Under the pieces are notes generated by a model, which did no database searches, had not been told where the DNA came from, and saw only the letters and a list, made by a program, of their open reading frames with translations. Positions 36,978 through 45,384 of a stretch of DNA of 64,000 nucleotides are shown piece by piece. The stretch lies in the IMG/VR virus record IMGVR_UViG_3300023174_000033, positions 400,606-464,605 of that record; one strand, written 5' to 3'. Each line of letters starts with the position of its first letter. Position 1 is the first letter of the stretch. A program made the position numbers and the translations under genes.

Positions 36978-37877
36978 ATGAAGAAATTAAAGACTTTCGA
37001 ACAATTCAAAGAAAAAAATGTCCAAGAAGGCATAAAGGATTATTTATTAGGTGGTTTAGCCACAATAGGTAGTATGGTTACTACACCAGAAACCTCTTAT
37101 GGACAACAAAAAACCCCAAAAGAAGTTACTTCGCAACAAGTCAGTGATAAAAAGGACATACTGGGTAGACCATTAACAGCAGCACCCCCCACAAAAACTG
37201 AGAATCTTGGAAAGCGTAAGTATTTAGTAACCACTAAACAAATAAACCCAAGTCCACAAAAGGATGCTGAATTAAAAGCTAAGGGGTATAAACCAGTTTG
37301 GACTGAGACTGTAAAGTCTACACCAAAATGGGGAGTTGAGAGTTCTGAAAGAAAAAAGCCAGTTGTAATGAAATCGGATAATGATAAGTTCTTTGAACTC
37401 GGTGGATATACTTTAACACAACAAGTAAAAGATACAATACAAGCAAGGATTAATAAATTGGGTGGTGTTGATAGTGTGAAAGTTGAAGCTTCTACTGATA
37501 AAACTCCATTGACTAAGAAACTAAAAGCTGATTTAGAATCAAAAGGTTATTCGGGTGATAACACTGGACTTTCAAAAGCTAGGTCAAATGCTATTAAAAA
37601 CTTTTTGATTAGTATTGGTGTAAATCCATCAAATATCGTTGAAGTTAATTTGGCCGACCAAGGTAAAGAGGGTGGTTATGACCCAAGTGCTAGATATGTA
37701 AAACTTACTCTAATTGAAAAAGGTAGTGGTACTGGTAGTGGTGAAGAATATTTCCAAGAAAAGGAAGAAATAGTTGTTTACTATCAAAGAGTAAATGATA
37801 TGATGCAGAAAATGGTCAAACAAAGATATGGTACACCTATCGATTGTGAAGGTGGTAACTGTGCCACTTATGATTGA
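36978..37877 (+). CDS. OmpA-like peptidoglycan-binding-domain protein with N-terminal tag
   Basis: FFELGGYTL...VKVEASTD...NTGLSKARSNAIKNFL...ARYV. Starts MKKLKTFEQF. Confidence 0.75.
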   Translation: MKKLKTFEQFKEKNVQEGIKDYLLGGLATIGSMVTTPETSYGQQKTPKEVTSQQVSDKKDILGRPLTAAPPTKTENLGKRKYLVTTKQINPSPQKDAELKAKGYKPVWTETVKSTPKWGVESSERKKPVVMKSDNDKFFELGGYTLTQQVKDTIQARINKLGGVDSVKVEASTDKTPLTKKLKADLESKGYSGDNTGLSKARSNAIKNFLISIGVNPSNIVEVNLADQGKEGGYDPSARYVKLTLIEKGSGTGSGEEYFQEKEEIVVYYQRVNDMMQKMVKQRYGTPIDCEGGNCATYD

Positions 37878-37882
37878 GGAAT

Positions 37883-37912
37883 AAAAAAACCCTCTTTTTA
37901 AGAGGGTTTTTC
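37883..37912. terminator. Bidirectional intrinsic terminator
   Basis: AAAAAACCCTCTT-TT-TAAGAGGGTTTTT. Confidence 0.8.
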
Positions 37913-37928
37913 ATTTGAGTAATGTCTA

Positions 37929-38903
37929 TTAAGGAGCGGCAAAAGTAGTTCTTCCACCACCAGTAGCAAACGTAGCTAACATTCTTGATTTCTGACCAGC
38001 AGAGAACATATACATACAAGCATCATCAGTATAATCCATATAGTTCATAGTCATTTCAATAGGTGTTCCAGTACAAGTGGATCTATGACCAGCAGCTGGA
38101 CAACCATAGTTTGCAGTATTATGAGTTGGAGTATCTGTAACTAGATCAGAACCACAAGTTGCATCTCCCCAAATGTGACGAAGGTTTAACCAGTGTCCAA
38201 CTTCATGTGTAGCGGTTCTGCCTTTGTTGAATGGAGCTGCGGCAGTTCCAGTTCTTCCAAATGCAGTGTTTAAGATAACAACACCATCAGTCGCAGAAGA
38301 ACCACCTGGGAATTGAGCATATCCTAAGATACCATTTCCAAGAGTACAAGCCCATAAATTAAGATAGATAGTTGGTGAAGTTGGGTTTAATCCACCAGAA
38401 GCAGTTTTCTTAACAGCATCATTTGTAGACCAAGAAGTCTTTGTTGTGGCCTTACGAGTTACACCTTGTAAAACAAAACGGATATTAGTGGCACCAGCTT
38501 TAACACCTGTAAAAGTAGAAGGGACTAAAGATACATCAGTATTTGTGCCACCAAAATCTTCATTTAAAACATCAATTTGTGATTGGATTTGAGTTTGTGA
38601 AATGTTTTCAGCAGTTGTTCTATACAATACATTAACCCAAACAGGAATTTCATAAACACCGTTTACTAACCTACCCATTCTCATAAGGTTTTGATTGGTC
38701 TCAAGGTTTCTTTCAATTTCATCCATTCTTGATTGAAGCTGAGGGTCTTCTTGGAGTTTCTGTTGTAAAACTTCCATAGAAGCACATTGTCTACCAGCAA
38801 ATTGTGGTTCAGATGTCTTGATAGAAGAAATATCCTCTGACTTTTGACAAGCGGTAAATCCTAGTATGGCTAGAACAAAACCGAATAATTTTAGTTTTTT
38901 CAT
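37929..38903 (-). CDS. M43 (pappalysin-like) zinc metalloprotease lipoprotein
   Basis: Lipobox GFTA|C, RQCAS switch-like Cys, HEVGHWLNLRH zinc motif, NYMDY Met-turn. Confidence 0.9.
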   Translation of the reverse strand: MKKLKLFGFVLAILGFTACQKSEDISSIKTSEPQFAGRQCASMEVLQQKLQEDPQLQSRMDEIERNLETNQNLMRMGRLVNGVYEIPVWVNVLYRTTAENISQTQIQSQIDVLNEDFGGTNTDVSLVPSTFTGVKAGATNIRFVLQGVTRKATTKTSWSTNDAVKKTASGGLNPTSPTIYLNLWACTLGNGILGYAQFPGGSSATDGVVILNTAFGRTGTAAAPFNKGRTATHEVGHWLNLRHIWGDATCGSDLVTDTPTHNTANYGCPAAGHRSTCTGTPIEMTMNYMDYTDDACMYMFSAGQKSRMLATFATGGGRTTFAAP

Positions 38904-38950
38904 TTAAGATTATTTTATTTTTTAGTTATATATAAAAACAATATTTGGGT

Positions 38951-39184
38951 TTATTCCAAAATCTTGTGGATTTTATATTGTCGGATTTCTTCTAAATTTC
39001 TTTCCATGAAAGTTTCATAAACTATTTTTTTCGCTTCTGAATTATCTGGTAACACATTTGCACAGCAAGTAAAGTCAGGACAACACTCATCATCTATTTG
39101 ATTATGTTTTGATACTCCACCCATCCAATCAAGAAGTTGCTCGTAACTTCTTATACTGTATCCTGTTTTTTTATTTCTATACAT
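38951..39184 (-). CDS. Small Cys-cluster protein with C-terminal tag
   Basis: ECCPDFTCC. Ends IRQYKIHKILE. Confidence 0.75.
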   Translation of the reverse strand: MYRNKKTGYSIRSYEQLLDWMGGVSKHNQIDDECCPDFTCCANVLPDNSEAKKIVYETFMERNLEEIRQYKIHKILE

Positions 39185-39437
39185 TGTCTATTATACCCTC
39201 AATAATTTTATTTCTCTTATTTTGAAACTCTATTTGTTTATATTCTTCTTCAAAAAATATTCTATTAGCTAACTCAACAATTTGGTCATGAGCTTGGTCT
39301 GGACTTATCATACCACCCCATCTTTTTCTTTTTATCTGTTCACTATCAATTGATGTTAATATAGATATAGCTGCTAGTAGTAACTTACCCTCGTCTATAT
39401 TAGTGTCAATTTGTCTAAATTCTTCTACCTTTATCAT
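39177..39437 (-). CDS. Hypothetical protein with C-terminal tag
   Basis: Ends KRNKIIEGII. Confidence 0.75.
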   Translation of the reverse strand: MIKVEEFRQIDTNIDEGKLLLAAISILTSIDSEQIKRKRWGGMISPDQAHDQIVELANRIFFEEEYKQIEFQNKRNKIIEGIIDNV

Positions 39438-39441
39438 ACAT

Positions 39442-39476
39442 AAAAAAACCCCACACTTTGGGTGTGGGGTTTTTAT
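39442..39476. terminator. Intrinsic terminator
   Basis: AAAAAACCCCACAC-TTTGG-GTGTGGGGTTTTT. Confidence 0.85.
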
Positions 39477-39490
39477 TAAAAAAATCTCAA

Positions 39491-41083
39491 TTAGTTTTTA
39501 ATAAACTTAACTGTTTCTTTAGTACTGTTTGATGTGAGGGTAAGGAAATAAACACCATTAGCAAGATTGTTAATAGAAACTTCTTGTGTAGGAGTGTCAT
39601 AAAGTTCCCCATCCATAGAACCTTCGGTCATTAATTTACCTTGGGAATTTCTAATAGAATAGTTATATACACCCTCCTCAGCGATAGTAGCAATAAATTC
39701 AATTTTATCACTTACAATGTTTCCATTTACAATTTCAAGTGGGAACATTTCCTCAGGTACACCACCGTCCATGAAAGTTGATTCACCTTCAACGATTGCT
39801 CTACGAACATTAACAGATCCCTCACAAGAAAATCCGATAGGAGTTGAACCTGGAGGAGGTGGAGGAAGTTGAGAAATAATGATGTTGTCCATATCATATC
39901 CATCTGCACCACTACCGAAATCAGCAGGGTTTGAAGCATCTTGGAATTTTATGAAATTAACGATTGAGAACTCAGGTCCGAAAGAAGATAGGTCAATAGC
40001 AGCTGATGTTCCAGCGATGCCAAGAGCATCTTTACAGATAAGTACAGTACTAGACCAATTTACACCATCAGCAGACACACTTACGTTTGCTTTCTCAGGG
40101 TAACTTGGACAAGGTTGGTTGTTCCAAGTTGTTTCAAAAGAAAAGAATTCAGCACCAGGACCATTAAAAACGGTATAAGGAAGTTGTAGACAAGCCCAAC
40201 CACCGAATCCAAGTGACCAGAAGTTGTAAGAACCACTAGCTGGTCCAGAATCACGAAGACCTGGGTTAGATAAAGCAGCTGATGGGAATCCAATTTCATT
40301 GATATTAGCGTTAGCGAAATTCTTACGAACACCAACAATACCACGGCCAGGGAAATTACCAGCAGCTCCAACAAATTGTGAAGCAACTCCTTGTTGATAT
40401 TCACAAATTGGTGAGGTTGGGGTATTGCCAGCAGTAGGCATTTCATAATTCACTGTGATACCATCAACATCATAACCATCAACACCATCACCTTGAACAT
40501 TCCAAGCTGGATTTGTTCTATCAGTAATACGTACATATTGAGCTTTCATAAGAGGGAAAATATCAAAAGAACCATTGTAACAAGTATTGTAAGCACCACC
40601 TGGTCCCAAAGTAATTGTACCAGGAGTAATCCAATTAACACCATCTTCGGAAACTTCTACAAGAGCTTGTTCTGAATTTGTTGGACGACACGTAGGATTT
40701 CCCCAAGTAGTTTCGTGGATAGTGATGTCATTACCAACTCCATTAGAAATCCATTCAGATGAACGAAGTACCATTTCACCACCGAATCCAAGAGATACGA
40801 AGTTCATAGCACCAGTGATATCAGATTGTTCAGCCACTAAAGCTTTACTCGGAATAGAACGAGCACCTACGGGATAACCCAAAGTATTACCAGGATTTCC
40901 AGCACCTGGACTCAGCACCCGTGAAGATTTTGCGGTGTTTCCGGATCTGAGTGAACTAGCAACGTGACCACGGGCAGGTCCTTGCTTCACACACATAACT
41001 TCCCAAGTCATAGCTTGAGAATTCTGAAGGGTTGTGAAAATTCCACCAACCACAGCAGTTAACATTAGAAAAAGGTTTTTCAT
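39491..41083 (-). CDS. Secreted protein with two SLGFGG repeat domains and a T9SS type A C-terminal domain
   Basis: Likely start MKNLFLML (41083). Two copies of SLGFGG...ETTW...E.A.VSVS.DG.NW. Ends INNLANGVYFLTL...ETVKFIKN. Confidence 0.85.
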   Translation of the reverse strand: MKNLFLMLTAVVGGIFTTLQNSQAMTWEVMCVKQGPARGHVASSLRSGNTAKSSRVLSPGAGNPGNTLGYPVGARSIPSKALVAEQSDITGAMNFVSLGFGGEMVLRSSEWISNGVGNDITIHETTWGNPTCRPTNSEQALVEVSEDGVNWITPGTITLGPGGAYNTCYNGSFDIFPLMKAQYVRITDRTNPAWNVQGDGVDGYDVDGITVNYEMPTAGNTPTSPICEYQQGVASQFVGAAGNFPGRGIVGVRKNFANANINEIGFPSAALSNPGLRDSGPASGSYNFWSLGFGGWACLQLPYTVFNGPGAEFFSFETTWNNQPCPSYPEKANVSVSADGVNWSSTVLICKDALGIAGTSAAIDLSSFGPEFSIVNFIKFQDASNPADFGSGADGYDMDNIIISQLPPPPPGSTPIGFSCEGSVNVRRAIVEGESTFMDGGVPEEMFPLEIVNGNIVSDKIEFIATIAEEGVYNYSIRNSQGKLMTEGSMDGELYDTPTQEVSINNLANGVYFLTLTSNSTKETVKFIKN

Positions 41084-41117
41084 AAAATTTTTATAGTTTT
41101 TTCTTTTATATATCATG

Positions 41118-41153
41118 AAAAATGGGTGAAGTTTAAGATTTCACCCATTTTTT
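41118..41153. terminator. Intrinsic terminator
   Basis: AAAATGGGTGAA-N7-TTTCACCCATTTT. Confidence 0.75.
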
Positions 41154-41182
41154 CTTTGTACTTTTCCAAGATCCTTAAAAAA

Positions 41183-41350
41183 CTAACTGGTTTTTTTATC
41201 TTTCTCCTCTAAATATTTAAGAGCTTCTTTATATCCTTTTACGAATCCGGTAATTTCCGCTGATCTATGTCCGGTAAAAAATGTTTCGTTAAAAGGGTTG
41301 TAGGGTATTAACTTTTCAGCTAATTCTCTAATTTCTTGATCAGATTTCAT
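41183..41350 (-). CDS. Small hypothetical protein (55 aa)
   Basis: MKSDQEIRELAEKL..., follows 41354..41737 directly. Confidence 0.55.
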   Translation of the reverse strand: MKSDQEIRELAEKLIPYNPFNETFFTGHRSAEITGFVKGYKEALKYLEEKDKKTS

Positions 41351-41353
41351 AAC

Positions 41354-41737
41354 TTATTTATTAAATAAATCGTTTAATTTTCTATCTCTTATTTCTTGTT
41401 TGAAAAATTGAAATTGATAATCCATATATTGACAATTAAAATTGTAATCAGTTGGGACTGTTTCATAAGGTTGGTGACGAGTTCCGAATTTACCACTTAA
41501 TTCAAAATGTATCCCACCTGCAACATAAATATTGACTTTCATTATGTATCTTTCCGAACCTCTGAAAGTTATTGTATGTGCTCCTAATTCTGGTACTAAT
41601 ATCACACAGGTGTCTAAATTCCAAATTTGTGGTAATTCTTTTTTAACTTTGAACCCAATAGACACAAGGAAATCTCTAGCTTCTTTTACTTTTTCGAAAC
41701 CTTCGTAGTTTTCCTCTATGTAAATGTTTTCATCCAT
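41354..41737 (-). CDS. Hypothetical protein with C-terminal tag
   Basis: Ends EIRDRKLNDLF. Confidence 0.75.
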   Translation of the reverse strand: MDENIYIEENYEGFEKVKEARDFLVSIGFKVKKELPQIWNLDTCVILVPELGAHTITFRGSERYIMKVNIYVAGGIHFELSGKFGTRHQPYETVPTDYNFNCQYMDYQFQFFKQEIRDRKLNDLFNK

Positions 41738-41739
41738 AA

Positions 41740-41772
41740 TAAAAAAAACCCTCCTTTTTAGGGAGGGCTTTG
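41740..41772. terminator. Intrinsic terminator
   Basis: AAAACCCTCC-TTTTTAG-GGAGGGCTTT. Confidence 0.75.
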
Positions 41773-41775
41773 ACT

Positions 41776-43089
41776 TTACTTAACAAAATTTGTAACTACC
41801 ACTTTGTCACCACTCCTAACCATCGCCCGATAAACTCCACTTGGTTTAGTTCGGATTTTATCAAGGTCTTGATTCACATTATTATTATTTGTTTTAATAA
41901 CAAGTTGTCCAAATGAATTGTAAATATAAACTTCTCCGGCAAAATTACTTGGAAAGTTTGTTCTTAAAGTTCCATTTTGATAGTAGAAATAAGAACGAAC
42001 ATCATTTAGTTTTTTAGCTGACAAAATTCCAGGAATTACAATAGTGCAAATTGAATCAGCTCCCAAGTTGTAATTGTCGGAAGTCTTTTTCAATTTGAGA
42101 TAAAATTTCTCATAACCTTCAGATTGATCGTCGTTATTAATCGTAATTCCGAAACTAGTAGTTGTGGTTCCAATCGGAAAAGTCGCAAGTGCCGGTTGTT
42201 GTAAGATAAAATCAGCAGAATCAGTGTCTACATTCTGTACAGAAATCAAACAAGCAATCTGTTGATTTACTGGTACCGTAGAATTTAGTGGCATACTGAG
42301 AACAGTACCTTCCTCAATAACATAATTCGTATCAGCAAAACTGATTACAGGAATTTCAAGGGGGGCGGATGGTGTGATATCAGCAGAAGACCTTGGGAGA
42401 AGTTGGTACCTTGAATCTCTTGGAATAGAGGAATCAAACTGACCACCCATACCTACAACATCAACTTTACCAGTTGGAACAGGTGCTCCGAAAAGGTCAC
42501 AATCATTATCAATACGAACATCAAACTCTTGATAATCAGTTGTGCCAGCAACTCCTCTGAAAGCTTTAGCGGTAAATCCAGAACCACTTGGCACAGCTGG
42601 CCAGCTATTTGGTAGAAATTCTAAATTCTGCATTTTAACCAAGTAGGATTCAGAAACCTCACTCAAATCGGTAACGACTCTTGGTTGTGTTAATTGACAA
42701 TTGGTTTTTAGAATTTTAATTGTATCAATTACAATTTGTGATAGTCCGTTGAAACAGTTTACCATTCCGATAACTTTAACACTATCACCTTCGTTCAAAG
42801 TAACTCCGATATCAAGTGTAGCTTTAAAAAGCCCAATTCCACATCGGTTGCTTAACAAAGTATCAGCTCGTTTCTCAACGAGACTTAGTTGGATTCGCCC
42901 GTTAGCTAATCCAAAATTCTTTCCATAAACGACTCCTTGTGTCCTAACAAACACCGAGTCATAATCCGAACAACCACCTTGGGTTGTGTCCAAACCTCTG
43001 ATTTCATCCACATTCAAACTTAGAATTTGAGGCTGTGAAAACAGAGACATACTAATTAGTAGAAAAATTGTTGTAAAAATGTATCTCAT
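41776..43089 (-). CDS. Secreted protein: OB-fold-like repeats, Calx-beta domain, T9SS type A C-terminal domain
   Basis: Signal peptide SLFS|QP. ISFADTNYVIEEG...ITINNDDQSEGYEKF (Calx-beta). Ends IYNSFGQLV...PSGVYRAMV...TNFVK. Confidence 0.85.
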   Translation of the reverse strand: MRYIFTTIFLLISMSLFSQPQILSLNVDEIRGLDTTQGGCSDYDSVFVRTQGVVYGKNFGLANGRIQLSLVEKRADTLLSNRCGIGLFKATLDIGVTLNEGDSVKVIGMVNCFNGLSQIVIDTIKILKTNCQLTQPRVVTDLSEVSESYLVKMQNLEFLPNSWPAVPSGSGFTAKAFRGVAGTTDYQEFDVRIDNDCDLFGAPVPTGKVDVVGMGGQFDSSIPRDSRYQLLPRSSADITPSAPLEIPVISFADTNYVIEEGTVLSMPLNSTVPVNQQIACLISVQNVDTDSADFILQQPALATFPIGTTTTSFGITINNDDQSEGYEKFYLKLKKTSDNYNLGADSICTIVIPGILSAKKLNDVRSYFYYQNGTLRTNFPSNFAGEVYIYNSFGQLVIKTNNNNVNQDLDKIRTKPSGVYRAMVRSGDKVVVTNFVK

Positions 43090-43215
43090 AAAATTTTATA
43101 GTTTGTTTATTTTATCCGAAAAATTAGATAAGTTTTTTTCCAAACAACAATTCATTTTTTCCCAAAAAAGTACAATTTTCGGAATTTTTGGATTTTTTAT
43201 GGAAATATATAATAT

Positions 43216-43593
43216 ATGGAGGAAAGGAATAAAATAATGATAGTTGACGAGTCGGAAACTATTTCATTAATCACTAGCAAACTATTTGAATTTCAACACT
43301 GGAATGTAACAAAAGCAATCAGTGGTGAAATGGCTCTAGAATTTATACAAAATGAAGATTTTGATGTGATTCTTATGGATATAAATCTACCAGGAATGAC
43401 TGGAATAGAGTGTTGTCATCTAATAAGAAAAATGGAAGATAAAAGAAAATCTAAAACCCCCATCTTTGCGGTTACTGGAAATGATTTAAATTTAACAGAA
43501 AAGGAATATAAAGATAGGGGATTTAGTGAATTTTTTGAAAAACCAACTAACTTTCAACTACTAATAGATAAACTTAAAAAGATTCTGGACTAA
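43216..43593 (+). CDS. Stand-alone response-regulator receiver domain
   Basis: IMIVDE, DVILMDINLPGMTG, AVTG, EKP: all receiver landmarks. AATATATA at 43204-43211. Confidence 0.9.
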   Translation: MEERNKIMIVDESETISLITSKLFEFQHWNVTKAISGEMALEFIQNEDFDVILMDINLPGMTGIECCHLIRKMEDKRKSKTPIFAVTGNDLNLTEKEYKDRGFSEFFEKPTNFQLLIDKLKKILD

Positions 43594-43600
43594 AAAATTC

Positions 43601-44005
43601 ATGTTAAATGAATTACAAAAGGCCAATCAAAATAAAATAGTAGTTAAAGAACAAGACCTACATAAACCAATAGCAAAAGGTTTATTCACTTTGGAAGGTC
43701 AAATTGAATTAGGTGCAAACAACATATTAGAACAATATAAAGTTTTAAAAAAACAAGCTCTTGCAATCCAAGAGAAAAAAAGAATTTCGACTAGGATTTA
43801 CGAAGCAGAAATCAAGTTTGAACCAATTATACTCGGCATTTATAACCTTTACAGAACCGAAACCAATACATTTATCTCAATGGTTGGGCCAACTGAATGG
43901 GGTAGGTCCATGAAAAGGAAAATTGAATTTATCGCAAAGATAAAATTAGATTATGACCACACTTGGCAGATTTTAGAATTAAACGATTCAGACTTCTTTA
44001 TCTAA
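43601..44005 (+). CDS. DUF2452-like protein
   Basis: IYEAEIKFEPI.G.Y.LY...ISMVGP.EW...LDYDHTW. Confidence 0.7.
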   Translation: MLNELQKANQNKIVVKEQDLHKPIAKGLFTLEGQIELGANNILEQYKVLKKQALAIQEKKRISTRIYEAEIKFEPIILGIYNLYRTETNTFISMVGPTEWGRSMKRKIEFIAKIKLDYDHTWQILELNDSDFFI

Positions 44006-44561
44006 ACTCAGGATTTTGCTCACTTTTTACAATGGGGACCTTGGTTTTCCTAGGTCGGAACCATAAAAATCTCCTTGAGGTGGGCATTTCTTTATATTTA
44101 GTACTGTCTTTTTCGGATTTCTCTCTTAATTTACTAACCACTTGATTCAAACTATCAATCTCTCTTTCTAATTTATTGTTATAGATTTTAAGTTCTGCGT
44201 TTTCAAAAGATTCTTGACTAGGGCCATATACCATGGGATTTGGATTTACCTCAGTAATAATCTTATCAACATATTTTATTTCAGTTTTTGGAACTATCAA
44301 AACTTTTGGTTTCTTTTTCAATTCACGAAGGATACTATCCCTAACCAATTCTGAATTATGAACTTTTATTTCCGACTGAGTGAAAATCAATTTTTTCCAT
44401 GTTTCGAGTAGGGATATTGTTGAATCCACCCTTGACTTATAATTGAATTTATGTGGTTTTGGATCATGTCCACAACCAAAGAAATAACAATAAATCAAAT
44501 ATAGCCAAATAAGAACGAATATTGAAATTGTGATATTTCTGTATTTTTCTGGAAAAATCAT
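43998..44561 (-). CDS. Membrane-anchored coiled-coil protein (possibly lysis-associated)
   Basis: N-terminal TM, C-terminal coiled coil. Confidence 0.65.
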   Translation of the reverse strand: MIFPEKYRNITISIFVLIWLYLIYCYFFGCGHDPKPHKFNYKSRVDSTISLLETWKKLIFTQSEIKVHNSELVRDSILRELKKKPKVLIVPKTEIKYVDKIITEVNPNPMVYGPSQESFENAELKIYNNKLEREIDSLNQVVSKLREKSEKDSTKYKEMPTSRRFLWFRPRKTKVPIVKSEQNPEFR

Positions 44562-44563
44562 AG

Positions 44564-44785
44564 TTATTTATTTTCTTTTTTAAACATTTGAATAATTTTA
44601 TCATTCAGTAGTTTGTTTTCATCCTTCAAAGCCTTATTCTCCTCACGGATTTCAGCTATTTGTTTTAGGAATTGATTTCTACTATCCACATATAAATATC
44701 CAATTGCTGTCAAGCAAATAAATAGCATACCAGAAATCGGATTACTCAGAAATTTGGTATAGGTATCCATTTTATTCAAAGTCAT
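44564..44785 (-). CDS. Small TM plus coiled-coil protein (holin-like candidate)
   Basis: ISGMLFICLTAIGYLYVD followed by heptads. AATATATA upstream. Confidence 0.6.
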   Translation of the reverse strand: MTLNKMDTYTKFLSNPISGMLFICLTAIGYLYVDSRNQFLKQIAEIREENKALKDENKLLNDKIIQMFKKENK

Positions 44786-44828
44786 AACAATAGATATAGA
44801 TTTATATCTATATATTATGTTTTGAAGT

Positions 44829-45296
44829 TTAGTTCAAGTCTGACCAATCTGGATCTTTGAAATTAATTCCTTTTAGAACTTTAGCATCAACAGTTCGTTT
44901 GATTATGTACTTACCATCGGATAGCTTTTCATAATATGTAGATAAATCTCTTTCCGTATATAAAAGTACCGATTTATGAGCTTCCTCCTCATTTTCACAA
45001 AGTTTACTCATATTTGATTCATAGACTCTTTCTACAATTTTCTCAACATCTAATCCATGAATTGCAGCAGCTTGATAAACAACAAAAAACAAATCAGCAA
45101 CAGCATCCGCAACCTCGTCTAACCTTGGATCGTATTGTCTATCACTATTCCATAGAGCGGATTTTAGTTCCCTCAATTCCTCTTCGATCAATCGGAAAGC
45201 AAGTTCACTTTCTTTTTCATTTGTGATTTTGGGAGTGGTACGGTTTGGTAGACCAAATGTCTCTCTCCAGTGTTTGATTTTTTCAAGTGCGTTCAT
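44829..45296 (-). CDS. MazG-like / PRA-PH nucleoside-triphosphate pyrophosphohydrolase
   Basis: Start MNALEKI (45296). LIEEELREL, EVADAVADL, VYESNMSK, KVLKG. Confidence 0.85.
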   Translation of the reverse strand: MNALEKIKHWRETFGLPNRTTPKITNEKESELAFRLIEEELRELKSALWNSDRQYDPRLDEVADAVADLFFVVYQAAAIHGLDVEKIVERVYESNMSKLCENEEEAHKSVLLYTERDLSTYYEKLSDGKYIIKRTVDAKVLKGINFKDPDWSDLN

Positions 45297-45384
45297 AAGA
45301 TTTGTGAAATATTTTAAGTTATATACTATTAGATTAAAAGTTTTTTGGGTGGACAAAGTTATTAAAAATTTTAATATATATGTC

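Noticed and set aside
39727-42928. Track ORFs 39727, 39879, 40081, 40493 and 42701
   Set aside because: They are shadow frames within the two T9SS-CTD genes.
45223-45384. Track N-terminal extension of 45223..47325 and the extension of 44829..45386
   Set aside because: The two extensions overlap each other antisense. Starts at 45385 (after AATATATA) and 45296 fit better.
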